Source: Podarcis cretensis
Taxonomy: Eukaryota
Length of the DNA stretch: 64,000 bases
Assembly (NCBI GenBank): GCA_951804945.1
Contig: OX638151.1
Location: forward strand, 84,506,001-84,570,000
Direction of reading: 5' to 3'
Positions 13,242 through 26,737 of the stretch are shown here, piece by piece (positions within the stretch are counted from its first letter, which is position 1; every line of letters begins with the position of its first letter). The notes below the pieces were generated by a model. It did no database searches, was not told where the DNA came from, and saw only the letters and a list, made by a program, of their open reading frames with translations. Position numbers and translations under genes: made by a program.

Positions 13242-13599
13242 CTTGGCACTTATGTTGATAAGCACTGACAGTGGGCAGCAGAGGGATCAGGTGGGGGTAT
13301 CACCCTTCTTAGCCCCAAGGCCTCTGGGTCCTGCTCTCCATGTGTACACAGACAGTAGCTTGGGGCCTCAAATTTCAGTGACACCCTATGCGATACCCCT
13401 GCCTCTCATATTCCATTCGACATCGTAGTTGCGGTGCCCCCCAGACTCCATGCCCTGTGCCACTAAATTGATGGCATGCCCCTAAATCCACCTCTGACAC
13501 AGAGGCAGAGCCCAAATACAGTGAACGAAAGGAAAGTGCAGTGGCTGAGAATTTGCCTACCTTGGGGCTTCTCTTTATAGTGCAATAGCCAGGCAGATG

Positions 13600-14185
13600 C
13601 TACCATTACATACCCTACAACATGCTGATGCCAGAAACTGGGATGCACATCTTCCCGCCCGCCCCCTCCTGTCACAATACGTTTGGCACCAGCTTGGCTG
13701 CAGGACTTGCCAGAAGACGGCATGCAATGTGCCATCCAACCATCTATGGGACTGCATTCTGGATTTGTGTAGGGTTTACTGCTTAGCCTTTTCTTCTTCC
13801 AAATATATCCTGCCTTGCAGTACATCTTTGAAAGTTTTCCTTCTCCTAGATGGGCTATATTCTCAGGCTGATGGGCCCCATCTGCCCCTCACTTCCCTCT
13901 ACAGCACCTGCAGAAACTGTCTTCTTGATCATTGGACCACAATTAGTCTCATCCACTCAATCTGCCAGAGTCTGTCTTCACATGTAAGGGAAGTCTCTAA
14001 CTCATCAAGGGTTTGAGATCCATTGGTTACCCTTACCTGGTCAAAGCCATTTCCCAGGGTGTGGCCACTATCACATGCTGACAGCTTCTAGAAGCCACAG
14101 GTGAAAGCTGATTGAAGGGATGGGCCAACTATCTCAGAAGGAGCATGACGTGGCCACGACCAGAGGTACTACCTCTCCCCTAACA
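13600..14185 (-). mobile_element. Probable RTE-type 5'UTR-derived repeat, old
   Basis: Motif ttccttctcctagatgggct..caggctgatgggccccatct resembles RTE 5' regions; recognised from memory only. Confidence 0.35.
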
Positions 14186-14371
14186 ACCCTAACACCCCAT
14201 AAGCAGTATGTAAATTAAGAAATATTTGATAATAATAAGTCTGCAATTGTTCTGTGCATACCTTTTGGTATTGCAAATTGCTTCGGGATGCTTCATGGGA
14301 AGCAATTCATTAATGAAATCACATGCTTATCTTTGAAATCCCAGCACATTTCTCCATAGCTTACCTCACAT

Positions 14372-14507
14372 CAGGCATCCCCAAACTCAGCCCTCCAGAT
14401 GTTTTGGGATTACAACTCCCATCACCCCTAGCTAACAGGACCAATGGTGATGGGTGATGGGAATTGTAGTCCTAAAACATCTGGAGGGTTGAGTTTGGGG
14501 ATGCCTG
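14372..14507. mobile_element. hAT-like palindromic MITE
   Basis: TIR caggcatccccaaactc / gagtttggggatgcctg; arms extend ~55 bp. Degenerate relatives at ~9650-9784, ~24880-25140 and ~34305-34420. Confidence 0.85.
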
Positions 14508-14885
14508 CCCTAGATTCTCATTTTCTAAACAACACAGGGATAGAAGAGGAGAAACAGATCTGCTGATGTCCACGTAGCAGTATGACATCCAAGGGTTGTT
14601 TGAGTGGCTACCAAAGCCAAGCTGCCAGTTATAAAACAAAGCACTTGGTTATTTTTGTATGTTTCTCCAAAGACTAATAGGGGTGTGCATGTGATTGTGG
14701 CCGCTGCAGCACAAGCAGCTGTTTTCACTGCAGGTTTGCAAGAGTGGCCTAGATGTTTGTGTCATCCTTGAATTGCTAAGCAAATTGGAAAGGCTTTTTA
14801 TTCATTTTCTCAGCTACTAGCAACATATTTGTGCAACACTGAGGGACTGGAATAGTATGGCTGAGTGAGCTCTTGAAAAACTCTA

Positions 14886-15116
14886 CAGTGGTACCTCGGG
14901 TTAAGAACTTAATTCGTTCTGGAGATCCGTTCTTAACCTAAAACTGTTCGTAACCTGAGGTACCACTTTAGCTAATGGGGCCTCCCGCTGCTGCCGTGCA
15001 ATTTCTGTTCTCATCCTGAAGCAAAGTTCTTAACCCAAGGTACTATTTCTGGGTAAGCGGAGTCTGTAACCTGAAGCGTCTGTAACCTGAAGCATCTGTA
15101 ACCCAAGGTACAACTG
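14886..15116 (-). mobile_element. Tigger-like MITE, family A, opposite orientation
   Basis: cagtggtacctcgggtta ... taacccaaggtacaactg; TA TSD. Confidence 0.9.
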
Positions 15117-16104
15117 TATATGTTTAGTAGTTTCCTCAGGGAAAGGATGAATGAATGAGGGGAAAGGTTATAAATAACCAATTCTTCGTATGTACAAGGG
15201 AAAAGGAAGATAAAACTGCACTGTCTGTGGTCTGTGTGAACAATGCATCTCAAAGTGCTTATAACTAAATCAGTAGTGGGTTGAAAGCCTCCATTATGAT
15301 TAAACACCTAACTCCTGTGCTGGGTCCCCTTATCTTCACGGTGTCTCTTTTAAAAGCCAGGGATGAGGAACCCTGGCAATTATTTCCTCATGGCCCATCT
15401 TCCAGGAGCTGCCTGTCAGTGGTGGGAGGGGCCAGAGGCAAAGAGAGTGGGGCAAGAGGTGTACAGTTGGCTATGCTGAAGCTATGCAAAAGTCTGAGGT
15501 TTCCACGTGCCTTCATGCATTCCAGTCAGACAAAAGCACTTTTGGTTGGGTGTAGAGCAGGGTAAATGAGAAAATTGACCTGGTGAAGGGGTGGTGGTGG
15601 TCTAGGGAGAGTACTAAGGGGTTCTTAGCCCTTGTTTTAACCCATAAAGCTGAACTATTTGCCTACTGATATTCTGATCTCTTCCAATTCTTTGGTTTAG
15701 GGACAGACAAAGAGATGCCATGGAGGTCTGAAAAGCTGCAACACTAGTGGTGTGTTGTTCCTAAGAATGGACTTAGGCAAGGCAGAACCAAACCATAAAT
15801 GCTTAAAACCCTGCCGTCTTCTTTCACTGAAAAGGAGTATATCATCGCCTGCCCTATGACAATGTGGTTTAGTCTAAGCTAACCACACCCAGTCACAGCG
15901 CTTTGAAAATACTGGGACGTGGACAAACCGGCTGCAATGATGAGCTTTGCAGTAGTCAAAAGCTCCTTTGGTGGCTCCTAACATCTGAACTGGAGGTCTG
16001 GATGCATATATTGAGCTGGCAATTTAGGTTCCTGTTTGTTCGCTTTAAAAAAAAAATGTTAGTTCCTTTAGGGCAGGAATGTGAGACCTGTGCCCCTCCA
16101 GATA

Positions 16105-16328
16105 CAGTGGTACCTTGGGTTACAAACACTTTGGGTTACAAACTCCGCTAACCTGGAAGTAGTACCTTGAGTTGAGAAATTTGCCCCAGGATGAGAACGG
16201 AAATTGTGTGGTGGCAGCACGGCAGCAGCTGGAGGCCCATTAGTGATAGCGCACCTCAGGTTAAGAACGGTTTCGGGTTGAGAATGGACCTCCGGAATGA
16301 ATTAAGTTCATAACCTGAGGTACCACTG
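16105..16328 (+). mobile_element. Tigger-like MITE, family A, nested in an older hAT-like MITE (~16072-16425)
   Basis: TIRs and TA TSD; flanks rejoin as ctccagatattgttggactccagctcccatc, the motif of the host MITE family. Confidence 0.9.
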
Positions 16329-17242
16329 TATTGTTGGACTCCAGCTCCCATCATGGCTAGACAGCATGGCCAAGGGTCAGGGATGATAGGACTTTCAGTC
16401 CAACAACATCTGGAGAGAAAGTGGAGAGAGGCAGCTTTACCGGTATAGAACCTCAATATTTCCTGGTGAGCCGACAAATGACCAGACAGAAGTGATTCAG
16501 TGTGATCTGTTAATCACAGGAGGTTGCATTTGACTAACTGCTATTCGGAGTGCAGTCATTTATTTTAATGGACCTAAGGTAGTTATGTTCATTAATTACT
16601 ATGGGTCTACTCTGAGTAAAGCTTAGTTGACTACAACCCAGGGTAGATATGTATGTATGTGTGTTTATTAAACTTATTAGTTCCTTGTCACCCAAAGGTT
16701 CTCCCAGGAACTAACAATGGAAAAAAGTGCATAAACACATTGTACCAAATGTTAACATGAAGATCAACTGACACATAGGCTCAGCAGTTTCAGACTACTG
16801 TTGATGGCATGCCAGATGAATACTGTATATATAATTAAAATATTCTCCCCAAGACCATTCCTATGCTATTCTGTTTCAGTGTTAGCTAGTGGAGTTGGGA
16901 GTCCAGGCTCTGAAATCCATGGAAACCTCCTACTTTCAGAACATCTCAACATGTGGCCACATACAAATGACTCAGTGTGATGTGTGAATCCATCACATGC
17001 CAGACAGGTTGCATATTGGCTAGTTGTATTTAATTTCTTCTATGAAGGTCCATAGCAACAGCAGTAGCACCAGAGATCCTTAGTGGTACTGGTATCAGCA
17101 CCAGCACCTGCAAACTTGGATCTCATGTCCTAATTAAATACAACAACAGGTTTTCCTTTTTTGTGTGTGTGAGGGAAAATATTTGCAAACTACTGAATGT
17201 TAACTTCATAGTGACCAACGCCTTCTCCCCCCCCCCATTTTC

Positions 17243-17666
17243 TTTTTTTATAATAATTTTTATTGATTTTAACATATAAATTATAAAATGTACCACGAAA
17301 CTTATCACTTATACAATCTTTTAAGACTTCCATCAGCACCTCTGATAATCCACTGTTTTATCCACTTCTTATACATTTCTTAACTTTATATTGCCTTTAA
17401 GTCTCTTAACAAATTATCATTCGCCTTATCTATTTTCGCAATACTTCCAATAATACTCCTCACAGAACTTCTTGCAAACCTACAAACATCGTCTGAGCTT
17501 CACAAATACTTTTCAAATAGTCTGTAAATTTACTCCAGTCTTCTGTGAATTTCTAGTCCCGCCGGTTTCGAATTCTTCCTGTTAGTTTATCTAGTTCTCC
17601 ATAGTCCATTAACTTCATCCTCCATTCTTCAGTCATTGGTAATTCTTCTTGCTTCCATTTTTTCTC
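17243..17666 (-). mobile_element. 5'-truncated L1 LINE (ORF2 C-terminus + 3'UTR + poly(A))
   Basis: Minus strand encodes KKWKQEELPMTEEWRMKLMDYGELDKLTGRIRNRRD*KFTEDWSKFTDYLK; AATAAA plus A tail; TSD ct(c)nattttc on both sides. Confidence 0.85.
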
Positions 17667-18813
17667 CTCCCCCCCCCCCATTTTCCATTTTCTAATGGAG
17701 GATGTCCCTTGAAAGAAGAGTCTGATTTAAAAAAGCATGCTTCTGTGGGTGATCCCCAGTGATTACAAATGACCCTAGTTCAAATCCAGGCAGCTCTTAT
17801 TTCCACATCCTTTTAAGATCTTGAAGCCTCCTGATTTCTGCCTTGCAGAAATACTTAAATCATACAACAGGCAATTAGACACAGTTAAGTGGGCTGTAGA
17901 AAGACAAAAGCTTCCAGCGATGCAGAGCCATCTCTCGAGAAGTGCAGAGAGTAATGCTTTCCAATTGAAATAAATGGTATCCCATAATCTCCATGGTCCT
18001 CAGCCTTGGGCCGGCAGCCATATTCAGCATATAAGATTTGAGCTGGATGGGGGATCAAATTTCAAAGGAATGGCTTAAGGGGAGATATAAAGTTCTGGCA
18101 ATAAAGACAGGTTTAATCAGCAAGGGATGAAACATTCACTCTCATATTTTATTTGGCAGAGGTGTTGAGATATTGTGCAATATCATTTCCAGGGCTTCAT
18201 CATTAGATTGGTTGAGTAGCGTGATATTTACAATAAAAAAATGTAATTGCTGTGGGTTAAAAAGGCTCAGCTTGCAGAAAAAATTCTCCCTAGAAGTAAT
18301 TTGGTTAATGTTCATATTATTGCTGTATTTTGGAAGTGTGCCTGACAGTTTTAGTCATGGACTATTTTATTGTAATAACATTTAGCTTTTGAACTTTTTA
18401 TTGCAGAAGTGAAAACAGTAGCTTCCTGCGGTGAATGGCAAGAATGATACCTTTGCCCTTTCTCTTTCTCAGCTCCCATATAGCTTTGGTTCCCAAGGTG
18501 CCACAGAAACCCAAACTCACCGTTCTCATCTCTCTCATCAACACAGTTCCCAGAACAGCCACTTCCTGTCTTCATAGCTCTTCTGGGTGTCTACTTATTG
18601 CTGCCCTACTCTACTAACTCAGCTCACGCCAAGCAACCAGGCCATAGGACTGTGGCTGGAATTTGAACTGCAGCCAAATGTATAACTTCTAGGTTTTATA
18701 ATGGTTCAAACATGCCATCTTTCTTCTTTCACTAGTGTTTTCTGTGGATACAATATGGGAAGTCAGGAAACAGTTATGTAGGCTTGGAATACCTGTGGGC
18801 TTGCCCTTCACTA

Positions 18814-19135
18814 GGACCCAATCTGCATTGTATATTTAAAGCAGTATTACACCACTTTAAATAGTTATGCCTCCCCCAAAGAATTCTGGGAAATATAGTT
18901 TGTTGAGGGCACACAGAGGCTCTATTCCCCTCACAGAGCCATGATTCTGAGTGCCTTGACACCCAATCTTTCTTTCCAGGGAATTCTGGTAATTGCAGCT
19001 CTCTGTGGGAAATAGGGGGTATCCTAACAGCTCTCAGCACCCTTCAACAAACTATACTTCTAGGATTCTTTGCAGGAACTCATGACAGTTTAAAAAGGTA
19101 TAATATGGTTTTTAACATATGAAGTAGATGGGGCC
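18814..19135. mobile_element. Palindromic MITE, PIF/Harbinger-like
   Basis: Long imperfect inverted arms (ggacccaatctgca / tagatggggcc; aagaattctgggaa..tagtttgttgaggg / cccttcaacaaactata..ggattcttt). Confidence 0.65.
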
Positions 19136-19840
19136 TATGAGAAGTAACAGAAAGGCTAGAGATTCTCAGATGCCTATGGCAATGGTGTCTCTTTTGGCAT
19201 ATTCTTAGAATACAATGGCCTGGTGTGGATGGAACAGTAAACCATATTATAGCAATATGTGCACAAGTCTGCTCCCTCTTCCCATAGAGATTGAGAAAGA
19301 AGCTTCTGTTTTCAGCTAAATTTTTGTCATTATGTCCAACCTAAAAACTGTGGTTTTAACTATGGTTTCTCTGAACAAGCCAGGATCAGAAATCATGGTT
19401 TGATATTTGACAATCCATTGTTTAATAATCACATTTTGCCCTGATTTAAAACAAGAGAGAGAACAAGCTATGATTAGTTGAAAATGGAAGTAGATTTTTC
19501 CAGCCTCCTCCCATGCCAATGTAGAAGAGGGGTTGAGCACACAAGTCTCAGGCTTGTTCAAGTAACACTATACTATGGTTTAGTACAGTGTTCAGACATA
19601 GTTTTCCTCTCCAGCTTCACCAGTTATGTGCAGCAGGGCATTGGTCACAGTAACTTTCCTTTGCCCTTGAAATTATACCTATGAATGTGTCATAGCATTG
19701 CTATATCATGTCTAATTTTTTTAGATGGATTTAGCTTCAGGTATAATCTAATGTTAGGTAGACTGGTAACCTTCAAGTGATTTGTTTTCCTTCCTTCTTC
19801 CCACTTCCCTGTTCCTCCTTTGAACTGAAATGTCACCTTA

Positions 19841-20246
19841 AAGGTAAAGGTAAAGGTAAAGGTAAAGGTAAAGGTAAAGGTAAAGGTAAAGGTAAAGGTA
19901 CCCCTGCCCGTACGGGCCAGTCTTGCCAGACTCTGGGGTTGGTGCGCCCATCTCACTCAAGAGGCCGGGGGCCAGCACTGTCCGGAGACACTTCCGGGTC
20001 ACGTGGCCAGCGTGACATCGCTGCTCTGGTGAGCCAGAGCTGCACACGGAAACGCCGTTTACCTTCCCGCTAGTCAGCGGTCCCTATTTATCTATTTGCA
20101 CCCGGGGGTGCTTTCGAACTGCTAGGTTGGCAGGCGCTGGGACCGAACGACGGGAGCGCACCGCGCCACAGGGATTCGAACCGCCAACCTTTCGATCGGC
20201 AAGCCCTAGGCACTGAGGCTTTTACCCACAGCGCCACCTGCGTCCC
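19841..20246 (-). mobile_element. Sauria SINE, full length, young
   Basis: tRNA-like head (GGGACGCAGGTGGCGCTGTGGG..GGTTCGAATCCC on minus strand), (ACCTTT)10 tail, and 15-bp TSD tgaaatgtcacctta at 19826-19840 and 20247-20261. Confidence 0.95.
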
Positions 20247-23200
20247 TGAAATGTCACCTTACTTGCCTTTAATTTCTTTGTCTAGAATTAATAAACAAAT
20301 AAGATGCTACATGGGTGCCCACACAAAACAAATGTTAAGGTTCTGCTAGGAAATGTGTAAGGAATATATGAACATTTCCTTCTGCTCACCACTCACTGAT
20401 GATGAATAGAGGGATTATGACTTCATTTTGTACTACAGAAGAGAAGTGTTCTAAGGTTCCATGGATGCAGCTTAGGCTAAACCATGGTTTAAAATTGGCA
20501 TTTAGCACAACATTGGTCCAAAGATAGATGAAATGCTTGTATTCATTCCTTAGCTTAAATTAACATGCCAAACCCGACTCTGCCGAAAGAGCCCGGGAAT
20601 AACTATATTGCTTTTGTTGCTGGTAATGTTATCCTATTGCAGGGTAATTGATTTCTGGTGTGCAGGGAGATGAAACCTCAAAAACATTACCCTTGCATTA
20701 AAAGGCCAGTATAACACAGCTAAGCTATACAACTTGTAAAAACTAGTTCAGACTTGGAGTTAAATTATTTTGAAAGGCACCCACAAAATATAAAACCAAT
20801 TTTAGAGTTCCTTAGCCTAACTTTTGGTACTAATCAATTCCATACTTACTGATTTACTGTGGATAGTGAAAACAGCAGCTGAAACCCCTTGACTTTTGTC
20901 AAATCCCATTTGTTAGCTTATTGTGAAGAATGGACTTTCATTTCAAAGTGCATTAAAGCAGCCTATGTTCTTTCAGTAATTTGGTTGGGAGGAAAGCAGA
21001 CAGGGCACTTTACTTCCAAGTTTCAATTGTCCAGAATCTTTCTGGAAGTCATATGGAAGACTCTGACCCTGAGTTTCTTTGTCTTTTCTGACTTAAGACT
21101 TATTCACATGTAGAGATGGGGCAGAAATTCAATTCAGTTCACATTTAAAGGTGAAAACTACTTACTTCACACTTTCTGGAACAGTACACAAAAGAAAACA
21201 GCCGTCCTTTGAAATTCATTCCTCCCCCAAAAAATTTTGCATTGCAGTTTGCCAACCAATTACAAAAATGTGTATACTAGGATAAAGTCTGCAGAAAAAT
21301 GCATTCAGCTAGGGCAACTTGCTTTGCAAAAATGCTCATATTAGAAGAAATTTGCACCAAAAAGCTGATGGTTTCTTTTTTAAAAATCTTATTTCACTCT
21401 GCTTTCTAACTCATCACAATAGTCTTCTGGATTGGGGTGAGGGGGTTGCACTGCATAGCTTGCTTTATCTGATGACTGGTTTGTTGTTGTTGTTTTGTCA
21501 CCCAGAGGTTTTTAAGACCCAATGATCAATTAATGATCAATGCAGACAAAAACTCTTGTACTCCCTTCAAAAAACTCAGGCTCCAATAAATCTTGTCTAT
21601 GCTCCACCAGCATATCTGCTTAGGATTCCCTGCCCAGCCCTTATTTTTAACAAAAAATGAATCTGCCATCTGTAGCATATATCAGCAAATAATCTCAGGA
21701 GCAAATCCTTTTACGTTCTGTCTTAATTTTTAAAATGTCTTTTCCACTCCAATGTAACTGATCCTGATTAGGAACGGGAAATCGACTGAGCTCAAGAAAA
21801 CAGACACCTCTGCTTAACACCAATAAAACCATTAGACTTTAGAAAATAATTGGCAGGACGGTTACAAAAGGGGAGTCACACTTCTGCCTGTACTAAATGC
21901 ACAAAGCGCTAACTGATTTCATGTATTTGTCGGCTGAACTGGTTTTTAAAAAGTGGCTTTGTAGTGGTCAGAATACCGTTCATTTTCCACATCACACCAA
22001 GAGATATTAGGCTGGAGTGCTGGAATTCTGGATCCATTTCTCACAGCAAGGAGTGGGAGAGCAAGCTGACTCAGTTCACAGTTGAAAGTGAACCTATCTC
22101 AGCTGTACTTTCCAAAGCAATACGTGAATAGAAACACAGCCAGATGTGAATTTTGCAATTTTCTGAATCTGTATTTTGCCAGCCAAGCAATGTGTACAAG
22201 AATGCATGTGCTAAAGTACAGTGTGTATAAAAATTGGTGAAAATAGCACATCGAAATGTGAGGGAATTAGTCGGAATGGCTTTGCAAAGATGTGTGTATT
22301 ATGCAAAATCGCATTTAAAATGTATATATTGGAAGTAATTCACACTAAAATTATGAATTTTCATAAGGACTTTTCAAAAAGAAAAATCTTAAACTGGTGT
22401 GGAAATATGGACAACTGAAGACTGGAATAATGATAATCCAAAAGAAACTGAAATGGACAGAGTCACCTCTCTGTACTTACAGTTAAGTAAGAATTGGAAG
22501 ATATTTTTGCACTTGGCCATCTTGTTCCTCGTATTGTTAAATTAGAGCACAAAATATTCTCTTGCCTGATGAATAAGGCAAATTGCAGTAATTTCTTTGA
22601 CACTCTTTTAGGTAAATAATCATTTCAGTTTTCAAGGCAAATTAGAATCAGTTTCTCTGACCAGCATTAGGCAGCTACCCAAGTTTACACACTTTTGATG
22701 ATTTAAAAGAAGTAGAAATATTTCAAGGTGTTAAGTTCAAATTGATTCCCTCTGGCTTTGACCTCACAGGTTTGCTTTCACAACTAATCCAACAAAAATC
22801 TAAATATAACTAACTGAAAAGGCAAGGAATAAAGGATTTTGTGACTTGAAGTGCTTACTAATAAAAGGTGAAATTGATGAAAGGAACATTTTTAGAGGAA
22901 TGTGAAGATAGATCTATTTTGTCATTACTGTGAGGGGAAAAAAAGTGGACATGAACAAATAGTGCAGATCTTCAAATTAATTTAATGGTCAAGAGCAGAT
23001 GCAAATACTTTTTGATGCCCGTAAAACTACCATACTGATAAACCAAAGGTGTTGATTGCATAATCCTACACATGCATCTCTCAAAGAATAGGAGAGTTGC
23101 TAACACATGTTTCCAGGCAGAAGTGGTTTCTAAATAGCTTCAGTGAAGGGGAACATTTGGGCAGATGGAAAACAGCTGGAAATATTTTTTTAAGGAGGAA

Positions 23201-23537
23201 AATTGAAAAATCACAATGCGTCTAAATTGTAACACACCCTTAGCTCTAGGGATAGAGTGGGCTAGATATCTTAAGCATGAAGTAAATCCATAAATAAAAT
23301 TTACCCCAAATGTTTTGCTGACCTTTGCCACTTGCACATGCATTTAATCTTACATCGCAGCACCATTGGAAGATGGTAAAATGTACCACAGGACAGAATT
23401 ACGTGACTGCCCCTGAAGTATTCTCAGGTCATATGTGTGACAATACTTAACTAGGCAAGCTGAGACAATGGGAAACATATATGGATTTTTGTCTTAAAGC
23501 ATCCTTTCCTGACTGTTCTTCCTTATGGTTCTTCCTT

Positions 23538-23937
23538 CCTCCCAGTACATTTCCGAGCACAATTCAAAGTGTTGGTGCTGACCTTTAAAGCCCTAAATGG
23601 CCTCGGTCCTGTATACCTGAAGGAGCGTCTCCACCCCCATCGTTCAGCCCAGACACTGAGATCCAGCGCTGAGGGTCTTCTGGGGGTTCCCTCATTGCGA
23701 GAAGTGAGGTTACAGGGAACCAGACAGAGGGCCTTCTCGGTAGTGGCGCCCGCCCTGTGGAACACCCTCCCTTCAGATGTGAAGGAAATAAGCAGCTATC
23801 TTCTTTTTAAAAAAACATCTGAAGGCAGCCCTGTTCAGGGAAGTTTTTAATATTTAATGCTGTATTGTTTTTTATGATTGGAAGCCGCCCAGAGTGGCTG
23901 GGGAAACTCAGCCAGATGGGTGGGGTATAAATGATAA

Positions 23938-23980
<43 letters not shown>
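23538..23980 (+). mobile_element. L2 LINE 3' fragment with (TTA)n tail
   Basis: Encodes LPVHFRAQFKVLVLTFKALNGLGPVYLKERL..RAFSVVAPALWNTLP; candidate TSD ttatggttc at 23523-23531 and 23978-23986. Confidence 0.9.
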
Positions 23981-23981
<1 letters not shown>

Positions 23982-24153
23982 GGTTCCAAACAGCCCAAAT
24001 TTCTCCTACCGTTCAATCAGGCATGATCTGGAGATGCTACATACATTTGTGAATGATAACACTGGAGATACTATGGAGGCCAGCCTATGATAGAAGTGCC
24101 CAAAGGGGAGGACTGGACAAGAGCAGAAGAGCCTATGTGCCTGGCCTTAGTTG

Positions 24154-24244
24154 CATAGCTGTCAACTTTCCCCTTTTCTTGCGAGGAATCCTATTCAGAA
24201 TAAGGGAATTTCCCTTTAAATAGGGGAAAATGTTGACAGCTATG
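24154..24244. mobile_element. 91-bp hAT MITE
   Basis: TIR catagctgtcaac / gttgacagctatg; perfect 8-bp TSD cttagttg. Confidence 0.92.
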
Positions 24245-26150
24245 CTTAGTTGAATCTGGCCTATGGACCAGCCTGCTCTCTCCACACTGCCTGATAATCA
24301 AAAACACCTAAAGCAAATCTGTCCCGCCCTTCATGGGCCTCATTTGTCCTACATGCTAGGCATGGTGAGGGGAAAACAGTCTTGTGGGCTCAGTTGGTAT
24401 CCCTGGTAAGTCTAACTTGGGCCAGAAGTTTCCCACTGCTGACCCAAAGGCATGAGGGCCTGAAGAAGTGCCCTGAATTTGCTATGATATGATGTCCCCA
24501 GAGAAGTGTGCCCAGCATCACTCTTGGGTAATAGGCAAAAAAACTTGATTAATCCACCCATTTAATTAATTGAAACATTTTAATTAATTTAATTAATCCA
24601 CCCATTTAATTAATTAAAGCACTCAATTGCATTTTAATCTCCTTGGCTTGTAATTGTGCTTTGGCGTTAATTCTTAAGAACCAACACGTACCTGTATTCC
24701 GCCACAGGGAAGCACATTCTAGCCCCATCCATCAGCCAGAGAACTCAGGGCTACTGGGTTGTGTACATTTTTGTAGGTTGTTTCGATTTGTTCATTTCTT
24801 TTCGGAACACAGCAATTTACATTGTACCTAAACTGAGCCAGGCAGTTGGTACAACTAGCTCAGTACTGTTTATGGCACGGTTAACCCACATGGTGCCCTC
24901 CAGATGTTGTGGACTCTCATTATCCCCACCAACATTGCCAAGGATCAGGAAAGGTGAAATACATAGTCCACATTTGAGAACCTTTCACCCTTCAGATATT
25001 GCTGAACTGAAACTCACACAATTTGTGGTGTTGCCCATGCTTTGTGGGTCTGATGGAAGTTGTAGTTCAGCTCATATGAAGGGCCAAAGCTTCCCCGCAC
25101 CTGGCCCGCAGTATCTGGAGGCACCTTGTTGGCTACTCTTGGTCTACATCAAGTTAACCACAATGAAGATGCTGGACTAGATGGAATAAAAGCCTGATCC
25201 AACAGGCTCTTCAGGTGTTCTTATTTATACTGACTAGCAGTGGCTCTCTAGAATTTCAGGCGAGAACATTTCCCATTCCTGCCTGAAGATGCTAGGGATT
25301 GAAATAGAGTCCATTTTATTTGAGAAACACAGCACATTTCGAATTTGAATACTCAAGCATTGGCCCAGATGAGCCGTTTTATTTATATTTATTTTTTTGT
25401 TCTAATTCTGCCCAGTCTGTGACACTGCTGCTCTAGCTCAAGTGCACTGGACTGAATTTAAATAAATTAGATGTGTCCTTTCAGCTTATAAAGTCATTTG
25501 GGTGTGGAGGTGATCTAAATCTTCATGCACTGCCAATCATTGCATTATTTCACAGAAGAATGATGAAGGGAGCACAAGAACTGGATCAGAGAATACTTAA
25601 ACAGGAAATGTCTTCTTTGCAAATCCTGGAAACTAATTTTGTGATTTGTTCACAAGGTCCAATTAGCTTTCTCCTTCTCAAACTGAAGTCATCACAAAAG
25701 TCCATTGTTTGAAAATTGTGATTGAGTGTGATGGGAGAACTGGCTCTAAACAAAAATTCTAAACTGTTGTGAAGAATGAGCAATGGGAGACATTTATAGC
25801 AACACAAGCATTCACTCGCGTGTCCTTTGAAGTGAATGCTCCTTTGTTTCTGAACCAGGTGTTTATGCAGTTTTGCTGGCCCCAGATTTCTTTTGTTGCT
25901 TTTCTCCATTTTGCCCATCAACTTCTACTGCAAACTGTGGAAGCTGCAACTAAAGAACCAGACCAAATACACAATGCGCTTTCTTCATTGAAAACTTTTT
26001 GATTTTAATAGCCATGCAAATGGGATCCTTATAATATGAATACTGATATAAGTATGTGGAGAATGAGCCACATTTTCTTCAATGTAGGTCAGGCATGCAT
26101 GATGCTGCACCTATTTCAGCATCATGATTTGATCATACCTAGTGGGATTA

Positions 26151-26737
26151 TGTTGTTGTTTAGTCGTGTCCGACTCTTCGTGACCCCATGGACCAGAGCA
26201 CGCCAGGCACTCCTGTCTTCCACTGCCTCCCGCAGTTTGGTCAAACTCATGTTGGTAGCTTCGAGAACACTATCCAGCCATCTCTTCCTCTGTCGTCCTC
26301 TTCTCCTTGTGCCCTCCATCTTTCCCAACATCAGGGTCTTTTCCAGGGAGTCTTCTCTTCTCATGAGGTGGCCAAAGTATTGGAGTCTCAGCTTCAGGAT
26401 CTGTCCTTCCAGTGAGCACTCAGGGCTGATTTCCTTAAGAATGGATGCGTTTGATCTTCTTGCAGTCCACGGGACTCTCAAGAGTCTCCTCCAGCACCAT
26501 AATTCAAAAGCATCAATTCTTTGGCGATCAGCCTTCTTTATGGTCCAGCTCTCACTTCCATACATCACTACTGAGAAAACCATGGCTTTAACTATACGGA
26601 CCTTTGTTGGCAAGGTGATGTCTCTGCTTTTTAAGATGCTGTCTAGGTTTGTCATTGCTTTTCTCCCAAGAAGCAGGCGTCTTTTAATTTCGTGACTGCT
26701 GTCACCATCTGCAGCCGTCATGGAGCCCAAGAAAGTA
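26151..26737 (-). mobile_element. 5'-truncated BovB (RTE clade) LINE
   Basis: ORF 26122..26730 reads EIKRRLLLGRKAMTNLDSILKSRDITLPTKVRIVKAMVF..RIDAFELWCWRRLLRVPWTARRSN..AWRALVHGVTKSRTRL, the BovB C-terminus; (CAA)n tail at 26151-26160. Confidence 0.96.

Noticed and set aside
19690-20073. ORFs with FT/KG/YL dipeptide repeats
   Set aside because: Translations of the (ACCTTT)10 tail of a Sauria SINE.
20150-20246. tRNA genes at SINE heads (also ~33510, ~35940, ~45370)
   Set aside because: A/B boxes are followed by SINE body and tail and, for the Sauria copies, flanked by TSDs; no full cloverleaf.
26036-26695. 219-aa plus-strand ORF
   Set aside because: Antisense shadow of the BovB ORF.
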